64,000 bases of DNA, taken from contig JBDHZH010000008.1 in the NCBI GenBank assembly GCA_039811745.1, forward strand, positions 1,042 through 65,041. Reading direction: 5' to 3'. Every line of letters begins with the position of its first letter. Position 1 is the stretch's first letter. Source of the stretch: Arachnia sp. GTDB taxonomy: Bacteria; Actinomycetota; Actinomycetes; Propionibacteriales; Propionibacteriaceae. Of this stretch, positions 27,433-38,396 are shown piece after piece. Under the pieces are notes generated by a model. It was not told the DNA's origin and did no database searches. It worked only from the letters and a program-made list of their open reading frames with translations. The translations under genes were made by a program, and so were the position numbers.

Positions 27433-28254
27433 TCAGCGGGCGTGTCGTCGTCGCTGGCAGTTGCCGCACCAGTACAGGTTGCGCCCCTCCAGGATCGTGG
27501 TTCGCACTGGTCTCCCGCACACCAGGCAAGGGTCCCCCGCCCTCCGGTACACGTACACCTCACCGCCATGGGGATCATCCCTCGGCGGCCTGCCCTGGAC
27601 CTCGGGCATGTGCTCGGGCCGAACGGTGTCGATGTGGCCCACTGCGACGGCGTTGCGCATCAGGAACACCAGGTCGTCCCAGATGACCTGCCAGGTGCGC
27701 CGGTCGATGTCCCGGCCAGGGGTGTCGGGCCTCAGGCGATTCCGGAACAGCACCTCGGCGCGGAAGATGTTCCCCACACCCCCGGCGATGCGCTGATCCA
27801 TCAGCAGGGCCGCAATCGACTTCCCGGAGCGGTGGAGCCGCACGTAGCCGGCGCCGGGGTCCGCGTCGGGCCGGAGGGGATCGGGCCCACTGGCAGCAAG
27901 TACGTCGAGGTACTCGGCATGGGTCACCGCCCTGCACCACTGCGGCCCGTGGAGATTGGCCGTGGTGACACCGTCGGAGATACGCAGGCGGATCTGGCCG
28001 CTGGACGGGTCACCCGGGCCGATGTTCAGCCTGCCGATCAGCCCCAGATGGATGTGGACCAGCGCTGGTTCGGGCACGTCGAAAGCCACGAACAGGTGCT
28101 TGCCGACGGCCTCGGCCCCCGTGAGGACGCCGCCGTCGAGCCGGGCGGCCTCGACCGCGAATCGCCCCTGCGGTGAGGTCACCGTCACTGGTTCGCCCGC
28201 GAACGACTCGGTCAGAGCGTCGGCGAGCCTATGGATGACGTGACCCTCTGGCAT
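27433..28254 (-). CDS. nei: Fpg/Nei-family DNA glycosylase (endonuclease VIII-like)
   Basis: N-terminal MPEGHV (Pro2/Glu3), H2TH region, C-terminal zinc finger CLVCG-x16-CGNC. Confidence 0.85.
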   Translation of the reverse strand: MPEGHVIHRLADALTESFAGEPVTVTSPQGRFAVEAARLDGGVLTGAEAVGKHLFVAFDVPEPALVHIHLGLIGRLNIGPGDPSSGQIRLRISDGVTTANLHGPQWCRAVTHAEYLDVLAASGPDPLRPDADPGAGYVRLHRSGKSIAALLMDQRIAGGVGNIFRAEVLFRNRLRPDTPGRDIDRRTWQVIWDDLVFLMRNAVAVGHIDTVRPEHMPEVQGRPPRDDPHGGEVYVYRRAGDPCLVCGRPVRTTILEGRNLYWCGNCQRRRHAR

Positions 28255-28288
28255 GCGCAGAGCCTAGCCGCGCCGCGTGGGGAGATAC

Positions 28289-28735
28289 TCAGTGGCTGTT
28301 CTCGTAGGCGGTCATCTGGTCGATGCGGCGGGCGTGGCGCTCCTCGCCGGAGAACGGGGTCGCGAGGAACGTGTCGACGATCGCCCACGCCTCCTCGTGC
28401 GTCTGCATCCGGCCGCCGAGGGAGACGATGTTGGCGTTGTTGTGCTCGCGCGCGAGCCGGGCAAGCTCGGGGTTGTACGCCAGTGCGGCGCGGATGCCCT
28501 TGACCTTGTTGGCGGCGATCTGCTCGCCGTTGCCGGAGCCGCCCAGCACGATGCCGATGCCACCCTCGGCCGCCACCGCCTCCGCGCAGGGGATGATCAA
28601 CGGCGGGTAGTCGTCGAGCGCCTCATACGTGGCGGCGCCGTGGTCGACGACCTCGTGGCCGGCCTCGTTGAGCCTCTCCACGAGGTACTCCTTCAGCTCG
28701 AAGGCTGCATGGTCGGTGGCAATGTGAACTCGCAT
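28289..28735 (-). CDS. rpiB: Ribose-5-phosphate isomerase B
   Basis: In-frame tail of ORF 28289..28912(-). MRVHIATDHAAFELKEYL...GIVLGGSGNGEQIAANK...SLGGRM, 148 aa. Confidence 0.92.
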   Translation of the reverse strand: MRVHIATDHAAFELKEYLVERLNEAGHEVVDHGAATYEALDDYPPLIIPCAEAVAAEGGIGIVLGGSGNGEQIAANKVKGIRAALAYNPELARLAREHNNANIVSLGGRMQTHEEAWAIVDTFLATPFSGEERHARRIDQMTAYENSH

Positions 28736-28754
28736 GGGCCAACTATTCCACGCC

Positions 28755-31004
<2,250 letters not shown>

Positions 31005-31065
31005 TACGACGCTGGCCCTGACATCGGCGGGCGGTCGACACGGCACGCAGCCAGAGGAGGCAGCG

Positions 31066-31467
31066 ATGGGCAAGACAGTCAAGGACGGCAAGGTCCCGGA
31101 CGTGAAGTGGGACGAGACCCCGGAGGCACACGACTACCCCGCGGCGCTGTCGTATCTGAGCCTGATCACCGACGGCGACACCGCGGCCAAGCTGGTGGCC
31201 CGGATGCGCGGCGCAACGATCCTGCACTTCAAGGCCAAGGACATCCTGCGGGCCGCACGTCTGCCACTCCTGGAGGAGTCCAACCCGCACGTCGCTTCCG
31301 ACCTCAGGAAGATCGCATCGGGCGAGTCCCTGTCACCGATCCTGCTCGTTCGGGGCGACCTCGCCTCCGACCGGAGGCTCCAGGTCGCCGACGGCTATCA
31401 CCGGGTCTGTTCCTGCTACCACACGGATGAGAACATCGACATCCCCTGCATCGTGGTGCCGTTGTGA
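31066..31467 (+). CDS. Small ParB/sulfiredoxin-fold (ParB N-terminal-like) protein, 133 aa
   Basis: ATG 31066 is preceded by GAGGAGG. GC-rich third positions. PILLVRGDLASDRRLQVADGYHRV resembles the ParB-like nuclease-domain core (..vvDGhHR..). The stop overlaps the next gene's GTG (GTGA). Confidence 0.55.
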   Translation: MGKTVKDGKVPDVKWDETPEAHDYPAALSYLSLITDGDTAAKLVARMRGATILHFKAKDILRAARLPLLEESNPHVASDLRKIASGESLSPILLVRGDLASDRRLQVADGYHRVCSCYHTDENIDIPCIVVPL

Positions 31468-32633
31468 GCTTCGCCCTGCTGGCGCTCATCTGCGCCGTCG
31501 CGATGCTGGGGCCGATCGCCAGCCTGAACCGGATGGTGCCCATCCCTGTGGTCATCGGAGAACTGATGGTCGGCATCGTCCTGGGCGACACCGGATTCCG
31601 CGTCGTCAATGCCCAGGACCCAACGCTGTCGTTCATGGCTGAGGTTGGCTTCGCCCTCGTGATGTTCGTGGCGGGCACCCACGTGCCCGTGCGGCAGCCT
31701 GCCATGGCCTCCGGGCTCCGTAATGGCTTCCTGCGGGCCGCCGCGGTCGGTGTGCTGGCAGTACCACTCGGGCTTGGGATTGCGACGGTGTTCGGCATCC
31801 CGCACGGCCCTCTGTACGCCGTGCTGATCGCATCATCCTCTGCCGGGATCGTGATGCCCGCCCTCGGCGGGGTGAAGGTCACGAGCAGGAGCGGGTTGGA
31901 GATGCTGGCGCAGCTGACGGTCGCCGATGCAGCATGCATCATCGCACTCCCACTGGCGATCGACCCGTCACGCGCGGGCACGGCGGCGCTGGGTGCCGTG
32001 GCGGTGATCGCGTTGGCTGCCGTGTTCTACGCGTTCCTCCGCTGGACGGAGCGAACCGGCCGCAGACGGCAGTTGCACGAGGTGAGCCAGCGCCGGGGTC
32101 TCGCCATGGAGCTGCGCGTCACCCTCACGCTCCTCTTCACCCTGGCCGCGGTCGCGGCGTCCATGAAGGTGTCCGTGATGCTCGCCGGTTTCGCCATGGG
32201 CCTTGCCGTGTCGGCGGTCGGCGAGCCTCGCCGCATCGCGAACCAGGTGTTCGCCCTCTCCGAGGGGTTCTTCGCACCGGTGTTCTTCGTGTGGCTCGGC
32301 GCATCGCTGGACCTGCGCAGCCTCGCCGCCAACCCCAGCACCATCGGACTCGGCATCGCACTCGGCCTTGCCGCAGTGGTGGCGCACGGCTTGATGACCC
32401 TGACGCGCCAGCCCCTGCCCATCGCAGTGACCACCGCCGCGCAGCTCGGTGTGCCTGTCGGCGCGGTGGCATTGGGCAAGACGATGGGGCTGCTCCAGGA
32501 CGGTGAGGGCACCGCGATGCTGCTCGGCGCGTTGCTGACGGTTGCGGTGGTGACCGTGGCGAGCAGGCCGGTGATCCACCTGGTCGGCGAGGCGCCCGTC
32601 GAGGGCTCCGCACCCGCGCCGCAGCAAGCGTGA
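31464..32633 (+). CDS. Cation:proton antiporter (CPA2/Kef-like membrane domain only)
   Basis: 389 aa, about 11-12 TM segments. N-terminus PIPVVIGELMVGIVLGDTGF and AEVGFALVMFVAGTHV are typical of Na+/H+-exchanger-family proteins. No C-terminal RCK/KTN domain. Confidence 0.85.
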   Translation: MSFALLALICAVAMLGPIASLNRMVPIPVVIGELMVGIVLGDTGFRVVNAQDPTLSFMAEVGFALVMFVAGTHVPVRQPAMASGLRNGFLRAAAVGVLAVPLGLGIATVFGIPHGPLYAVLIASSSAGIVMPALGGVKVTSRSGLEMLAQLTVADAACIIALPLAIDPSRAGTAALGAVAVIALAAVFYAFLRWTERTGRRRQLHEVSQRRGLAMELRVTLTLLFTLAAVAASMKVSVMLAGFAMGLAVSAVGEPRRIANQVFALSEGFFAPVFFVWLGASLDLRSLAANPSTIGLGIALGLAAVVAHGLMTLTRQPLPIAVTTAAQLGVPVGAVALGKTMGLLQDGEGTAMLLGALLTVAVVTVASRPVIHLVGEAPVEGSAPAPQQA

Positions 32634-32731
32634 ACTGCCTCCCGCTTCCGCATCGGTGTCGCATCTGGCGCTAGCATCGGCGCATCCGAACCGTGGAAGA
32701 CGCCGCGGACGAATCACCGAAGGGCGCGCAC

Positions 32732-35326
32732 ATGTCCAGTGCCAACATCAGCCGCGAGGAGGCCGCCGAGCGCTCCCGCCTCGTGACGGCGAAGGCCTAC
32801 CGGGTCACGGTGGATGTCACCGGGCACGGGGTGGATGATCCCGCCCGCCACTTCCGATCGATCACCGAACTCGACCTCGACGCCGTCGGCGGCGCCACGC
32901 ACCTTGATCTGATCGCCGACGCGGTGACGTCCGCAACCATCGATGGCGAAAACCTCGACACGACCGGTTTCAACGGGTTCCGTCTGCCGCTGCCCGACCT
33001 CCAGCAAGGCGCCCACACCGTCGTGATCGACGCCGTCTGCCGCTTCTCCCGCACCGGCGAGGGCCTGCACAGGTTCGTGGACCCGGCGGACGACCGCGTG
33101 TACCTGTACTCGCAGTTCGAGACCGCCGACGCACGCCGCATGTTCGCGGACCTTGAGCAGCCCGACCAGAAGGCGACGTTCCAGCTCACGGTGCTGGCTC
33201 CCCTGCACTGGGCCGTCCTCTCCAACTCCGCCGGCGTGGCGCCCGAGGACCTGGGCGACGGCGTCGGGCGCTGGACGCATGCCGCAACGGGCCGCATCTC
33301 CCCCTACATCACCGCGCTGGTGGCGGGCGAATACCACGTCGACGAGGGCGAGATCGTCTCAGCGGGGCGCGCCATCCCGGCGCGCATCGCCTGCAGGCAG
33401 TCCGTGGCCCAGCACCTGGACGCGGATGTCATCCGCACCACCACCCAACGCGGGTTCGAGGTCTTCGAGGAGGCCTTCGCCACCCCGTACGCCTTCGACT
33501 CCTACGACCAGATCTTCGTCCCGGAGTTCAACGCGGGCGCCATGGAGAACGCGGGCTGCGTCACGTTCCGCGACGAGTACCTGTTCCGTTCCCGCGTCAC
33601 CGCGCGCGAGCTCGAGGCCCGCGACAACACGATCCTCCACGAGCTGGCGCACATGTGGTTCGGGGATCTCGTCACGATGCGCTGGTGGGACGACCTGTGG
33701 CTGAACGAGTCCTTCGCCGAGTGGGCCGCACACCACGCGGCCGACGAGATCGCCCGCAGGTGGGGCGGCGATGCGAACCCCTGGGCGTCATTCAGCAACG
33801 AGCGCAAGGCCTGGGCCTACCTGGCGGACCAGCTGAGCACCACCCATCCCATCGCCGCGGACATGGTCGATCTTGATGCCGTCGAGCAGAACTTCGACGG
33901 CATCACCTACGCCAAGGGCGCCTCCGTTCTGAAGCTGCTCGTGTCCTTCGTGGGGCGCGAGGCGTTCCTGCGCGGAGTGGCGGCCTACTTCGCCCGGCAT
34001 GCGTGGGGCAACACCGAGCTCTCCGACCTGCTGACCGAACTCGAGCTCGCCTCCGGCCGGGAACTGTCCTGGTTCACGGGCGAATGGCTCGCCACTGCCG
34101 GCGTCAACACGCTGCGTGCCGTCTTCGACGTCGACGACGAGGGCTGCTTCACGCACTTCTCCGTCCTGCAGGAGGCAACCACTGAGCATCCGACGCTCCG
34201 GACCCACCGTCTCGGCATCGGTGTCTACTCGATGCGCGATGGGGAGTTGGTGCGCTCGCAATACGTCGAGACGGACATCTCGGGAGCGTCCACCGACATC
34301 CCCGGGCTCGTCGGTGTGGACAGCGGCGATGTGGTGCTGCTCAACGACGGCGACCTCACCTATGTCAAGGTCCGGTTCGACCCCGTCTCGGCGGCCGCTC
34401 TCGTTCGGCACATCCCCGGCCTGCACGATCCCCTGGCACGCGCCGTCGTCTGGTCCTCGTTCTGGGACTCCGTGCGCGACGCGGAACTGCGGCCGCAGCG
34501 GTTCATCGACCTCGCGCTCGCCGGTCTGTCGAGCGAGCGCGACATGGCGGCCGTCACCACGATCGCCTCCCAGGCGGCCACCTGTGCCTCCCGGTTCATG
34601 GCGCCCGAGTTGCGCCAGGAGGCGAACAATCACCTGACTGCGGGATTCGCGCAGCTGCTCAAGGGGGCGGCGCCCGGCTCGGACGAGCAGCTGATCTTCG
34701 CAAAGGCCCTGATCGGCGTGGCCCGCTCCGATGCGGCACTGGAGCTGATCCGGGGCTGGCTCGCCGGCGAGGAGATCCCGGAGGGTCTCGCCATCGACGT
34801 GGGCGTCCGATGGGCGATCGTGTCCACGCTGGCCGCCCGCGGCGCGATCGGCCACGAGGAGATCGACGCCGAACTCAACCGCGACAACACCAACGCCGGC
34901 GCCGAACGTGCCGCCGGTGCGAGGGCCTCGCTGCCGGACGCGGACGCGAAGGCCGAGGCGTGGCGGTTGGCCACCGCAGACCCGGACGTTCCGAACGAGA
35001 CCCACCGCTCCATCTGCACCGGCTTCTGGCGCTACGGGCAGGAGGATCTGCTGGCTCCCTACGTGGCCGCCTACAAGGATGTGGTCGCCTCGATCAACGC
35101 CCGCTCGGGCCTGTGGGCCGACCGAGGATATGCCACCGTCGGCACCGTGCTGCGCTGGCTGTTCCCCGACGTCCTCGCCGACCGTGAACTTGTCGACGAC
35201 TACGCCGCCTGGGCTTCGGAGCACGTGACCGACGAGCAGGTTCGTCGCGGCCTCGCAGAGCGTCTGGACGAGGCACGGCGTGCGTTGAGCGTCCAGGATG
35301 CGAGCCGTGGCGCCGCCGGTGATTGA
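32732..35326 (+). CDS. pepN: Aminopeptidase N (M1 family)
   Basis: GAMEN, HELAHMWFGD and NESFAEW motifs. About 864 aa from ATG 32732. Confidence 0.93.
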   Translation: MSSANISREEAAERSRLVTAKAYRVTVDVTGHGVDDPARHFRSITELDLDAVGGATHLDLIADAVTSATIDGENLDTTGFNGFRLPLPDLQQGAHTVVIDAVCRFSRTGEGLHRFVDPADDRVYLYSQFETADARRMFADLEQPDQKATFQLTVLAPLHWAVLSNSAGVAPEDLGDGVGRWTHAATGRISPYITALVAGEYHVDEGEIVSAGRAIPARIACRQSVAQHLDADVIRTTTQRGFEVFEEAFATPYAFDSYDQIFVPEFNAGAMENAGCVTFRDEYLFRSRVTARELEARDNTILHELAHMWFGDLVTMRWWDDLWLNESFAEWAAHHAADEIARRWGGDANPWASFSNERKAWAYLADQLSTTHPIAADMVDLDAVEQNFDGITYAKGASVLKLLVSFVGREAFLRGVAAYFARHAWGNTELSDLLTELELASGRELSWFTGEWLATAGVNTLRAVFDVDDEGCFTHFSVLQEATTEHPTLRTHRLGIGVYSMRDGELVRSQYVETDISGASTDIPGLVGVDSGDVVLLNDGDLTYVKVRFDPVSAAALVRHIPGLHDPLARAVVWSSFWDSVRDAELRPQRFIDLALAGLSSERDMAAVTTIASQAATCASRFMAPELRQEANNHLTAGFAQLLKGAAPGSDEQLIFAKALIGVARSDAALELIRGWLAGEEIPEGLAIDVGVRWAIVSTLAARGAIGHEEIDAELNRDNTNAGAERAAGARASLPDADAKAEAWRLATADPDVPNETHRSICTGFWRYGQEDLLAPYVAAYKDVVASINARSGLWADRGYATVGTVLRWLFPDVLADRELVDDYAAWASEHVTDEQVRRGLAERLDEARRALSVQDASRGAAGD

Positions 35327-35365
35327 CCGGGTCCACTGCCTCCCGTTTCCAGTAAGGTGACCACC

Positions 35366-35593
35366 ATGGACTGGTTGCTGCCCCTCGAAACGCTGCCCGG
35401 CTGGCCGGAGGCCCCGGAGTTCTCCGCTGCCCACCTGATCCTGATCACCGCCGTGCTGCCCGTGGTGACCGCGATCGTCATCGCAGTGCTCGCGTTCACC
35501 CCCACCTGGGTGCGTCGTTACCGCAACGAGACCGCCGCGGGCAGTGGCCTGGTGGCGCAGCACGGGTCCACCCCGCCCGACACCCAGGCCTGA
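35366..35593 (+). CDS. Small single-pass membrane protein (75 aa) immediately upstream of pyrR
   Basis: Very GC-rich third codon positions. One TM helix ([24 protein letters not shown]). AAGGTGA SD 5-8 nt before ATG 35366; the ORF track starts at GTG 35357. Confidence 0.5.
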   Translation: MDWLLPLETLPGWPEAPEFSAAHLILITAVLPVVTAIVIAVLAFTPTWVRRYRNETAAGSGLVAQHGSTPPDTQA

Positions 35594-35600
35594 GCCCACG

Positions 35601-36152
35601 GTGTCGGCCTCCGCCACGACGGTGCTCACCACGGGTGAGATGGGCCGAGCCCTCCGGCGCATGTCACACGAGTTGCTGGAGTTGGCCGGCGGCACCGATC
35701 GCCTGGTGCTCCTCGGAATCATCACACGCGGGGTGCCGCTCGCGCGCAGGATCGCCGCCGAGATCGCCGCAGCAGAGGGAGTGCAGGTTCCAGTCGGCGA
35801 ACTGGACATCACGATGTACCGTGACGACCTGCGCCTGCACCCCACCCGCCCGGTCGGACGAACCGTCGTTCCGGTGAGCCTGGACGACGCCGTCGTCGTC
35901 CTGGTGGACGACGTCCTCAACTCGGGCCGCACCGTCCAAGCCGCACTGCAGGCCGTCTCCGATCTCGGACGGCCGAGCCGCCTCCGGCTCATGACGCTCA
36001 TCGACAGGGGTCTGCGCGAGTTGCCGATCCAGCCCGACATCGTCGGCAAGTCTCTCCCCACCTCCCGATCCGAGCGGGTGCGCGTCCGCGTTTCCGAAAT
36101 CGACGGCACCGACGAGGTGGTCATCGAACGCGACCCGGAGGCCACCGCGTGA
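35601..36152 (+). CDS. pyrR: Bifunctional pyrimidine operon regulator / uracil phosphoribosyltransferase PyrR
   Basis: [29 protein letters not shown] motif [16 protein letters not shown] 35601 chosen to avoid overlap with the upstream small ORF; GTG 35544 is also possible. Confidence 0.88.
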   Translation: MSASATTVLTTGEMGRALRRMSHELLELAGGTDRLVLLGIITRGVPLARRIAAEIAAAEGVQVPVGELDITMYRDDLRLHPTRPVGRTVVPVSLDDAVVVLVDDVLNSGRTVQAALQAVSDLGRPSRLRLMTLIDRGLRELPIQPDIVGKSLPTSRSERVRVRVSEIDGTDEVVIERDPEATA

Positions 36153-37084
36153 AGCATCTGCTCAGTATCTCCGACCTGACGGACGCTCAGGTCCAGAGCC
36201 TCCTGGCCACGGCCGAGGAGATGCACGACGTGCAGTCAAGGCCGATCAAGAAGCTGCCGGCACTGCGTGGCCGGACAGTGGTGAACCTGTTCTTCGAGGA
36301 CTCGACCCGCACGCGGTCCTCGTTCGAACTCGCTGCCAAGTGGCTTTCCGCGGACGCCATCAACGTCTCGGCCAAGGGATCGTCGGTGTCGAAGGGCGAG
36401 TCCATGAAGGACACCCTGCTGACCCTGGATGCAATGGGTGTGGACGCGATCGTGATGCGCCACGCCGGGTCCGGCGCCGTCGCCCAGGCGGCCGGCTGGG
36501 TCAGGGCGAGCGTCGTGAACGCCGGGGACGGCATGCACGAGCATCCCTCGCAGGCACTCCTGGACGCCCACGCCATGTTGAGGCACTTCCGCTCCCACGG
36601 CCTCGGCACCCTGGAGGGCAAGCGCGTCGCCATCACCGGTGACCTGCTGCATTCCCGCGTGGTCCGCTCCAACGTGCTGCTGCTGCCCCGGCTCGGCGCC
36701 GAGGTGGTTCTGGTCGCACCCCCGACGCTGATGCCGGCAGGCGTTTCGACGTGGGGAGTGAGGGTCACGCATGACTTCGACGAGGCCCTTGCCGAGGCGG
36801 ATGTCGCCATGATGCTTCGCGTGCAGCGCGAACGGATGCAGGGCGGCTTCTTCCCGTCCGAGCGCGAGTACATCGCGGGCTACGGTCTGACCGCGACGCG
36901 TCTGGGCGCCATGAAACCCGACGCAGTAATCGCGCACCCCGGGCCCATGAACCGGGGACTTGAGCTCTCCTCCGATGCCGCCGACAGCGCCCGGGCCATC
37001 GTGCTGGACCAGGTCTCCGCCGGCGTGGCAGTCCGGATGAGCATCCTCTACCACCTCCTGGCCGGCAACCCAGAGGAGCACTGA
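36149..37084 (+). CDS. pyrB: Aspartate carbamoyltransferase catalytic subunit
   Basis: [28 protein letters not shown] motifs. The GTG start overlaps the pyrR stop (GTGA). Confidence 0.95.
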   Translation: MKHLLSISDLTDAQVQSLLATAEEMHDVQSRPIKKLPALRGRTVVNLFFEDSTRTRSSFELAAKWLSADAINVSAKGSSVSKGESMKDTLLTLDAMGVDAIVMRHAGSGAVAQAAGWVRASVVNAGDGMHEHPSQALLDAHAMLRHFRSHGLGTLEGKRVAITGDLLHSRVVRSNVLLLPRLGAEVVLVAPPTLMPAGVSTWGVRVTHDFDEALAEADVAMMLRVQRERMQGGFFPSEREYIAGYGLTATRLGAMKPDAVIAHPGPMNRGLELSSDAADSARAIVLDQVSAGVAVRMSILYHLLAGNPEEH

Positions 37085-37089
37085 CGAAC

Positions 37090-38355
37090 ATGGCCGACCT
37101 CACGATCACCGGCGTGACCCTTCCCGACGGGTCCCGCACCAACCTGCACGTGTCCGGCGGCATGCTCGTCGACGAGGCGCCCTCCGGCGCAGAACGCATC
37201 GACGCCGACGGCCTGATTGCGCTGCCGGGACTCGTTGACCTGCACACGCACCTGCGCGAGCCCGGCCGCGAGGACGCCGAGACGGTGGCGAGCGGTTCGC
37301 TGGCGGCCGCCCGCGGCGGATTCACGTGCGTCCACGCCATGGCCAACACCCAGCCGGTCACCGACACAGCGGAGAAGGCCGAGCACATCCTCGACCTTGG
37401 GCGCTCGGCGAACCTCGTGCAGGTGGTGCCCGTGGGAGCCATCACGAGGGACCTGGCCGGCAGGGAACTGGCCGAACTTGGCCTCATGCATGCCTCCCGT
37501 GCGGGGGTCACGCTGTTCTCCGACGACGGTGCCTGCATCCAGGACGCCGGGATCATGCGCCGCGCCTTCGAGTGGGCGAGCCGTTTCGACGGTGTCCTGG
37601 CCCAGCACTCCCAGGACTCGTCGCTGGCTGGGCCAACGGCATCGTGCCACGAGGGCGTGCTGTCCGGCAGGCTGGGCCTGCCCGGCTGGCCGCCGGTGGC
37701 GGAGTCCGTGATCATCGCCCGGGACGCCATGCTCGCCGAGGCGACGGGCGGGCGCCTGCACGTGCTCCACATCACCTCCGCGGAGGGCGTGGAGGTGGTC
37801 CGCTGGGCGAAGAGGCGCGGGATCCACGTCACCGCCGAGGCCACGCCTCACCACCTGTACCTGACCGTGGACGAGGTGGCGGGCTACGACACCACCTTCA
37901 AGGTGAATCCGCCGCTGCGCACGAACGAGCACATCGAGGCACTGCGGGAGGCGCTTGCAGACGGCACGATCGACACCGTCGGCACCGACCATGCCCCGCA
38001 TGCCGCCCACGACAAGGACCACGCGTTCGCGGACGCCAAGCCGGGGATGATCGGGCTGGAGCAGGCGCTCGGGGTCGTGATGGAGACCATGCTGGACCAC
38101 ATCGGCTGGGCGGGCATCGCCGAGCGGATGAGTCACGCGCCGGCCCGCATCGGCCGTGTCGCCGGGCAGGGGCGGCCGCTGGCCGTCGGGGAGCCGGCCA
38201 ACCTTGTGCTCGTCGACCCCACGAGGCGCGCCACTGTTGACCGGGCGGCCTCCGCGTCGAGGAGCCGCAACAACCCCTACCACGGTCGTGACCTGCCCGA
38301 CCCGGTGGAACTCACGATGTGGCAGGGCCGGATCACCCACCGTCGCACCTCCTGA
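37090..38355 (+). CDS. pyrC: Dihydroorotase
   Basis: LVDLHTHLREPG, GTDHAPH motifs, 421 aa, 5 nt after pyrB. Confidence 0.93.
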   Translation: MADLTITGVTLPDGSRTNLHVSGGMLVDEAPSGAERIDADGLIALPGLVDLHTHLREPGREDAETVASGSLAAARGGFTCVHAMANTQPVTDTAEKAEHILDLGRSANLVQVVPVGAITRDLAGRELAELGLMHASRAGVTLFSDDGACIQDAGIMRRAFEWASRFDGVLAQHSQDSSLAGPTASCHEGVLSGRLGLPGWPPVAESVIIARDAMLAEATGGRLHVLHITSAEGVEVVRWAKRRGIHVTAEATPHHLYLTVDEVAGYDTTFKVNPPLRTNEHIEALREALADGTIDTVGTDHAPHAAHDKDHAFADAKPGMIGLEQALGVVMETMLDHIGWAGIAERMSHAPARIGRVAGQGRPLAVGEPANLVLVDPTRRATVDRAASASRSRNNPYHGRDLPDPVELTMWQGRITHRRTS

Positions 38356-38396
38356 CTCCGGCTGCACCGCCCGGGCTCGCCGGATAGGCTGACCAG

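Noticed and set aside
33788-36226. 812-aa minus-strand ORF across pepN, the small ORF and pyrR
   Set aside because: It spans three independently supported + strand genes and an intergenic region, and has no recognisable domain. Shadow ORF.
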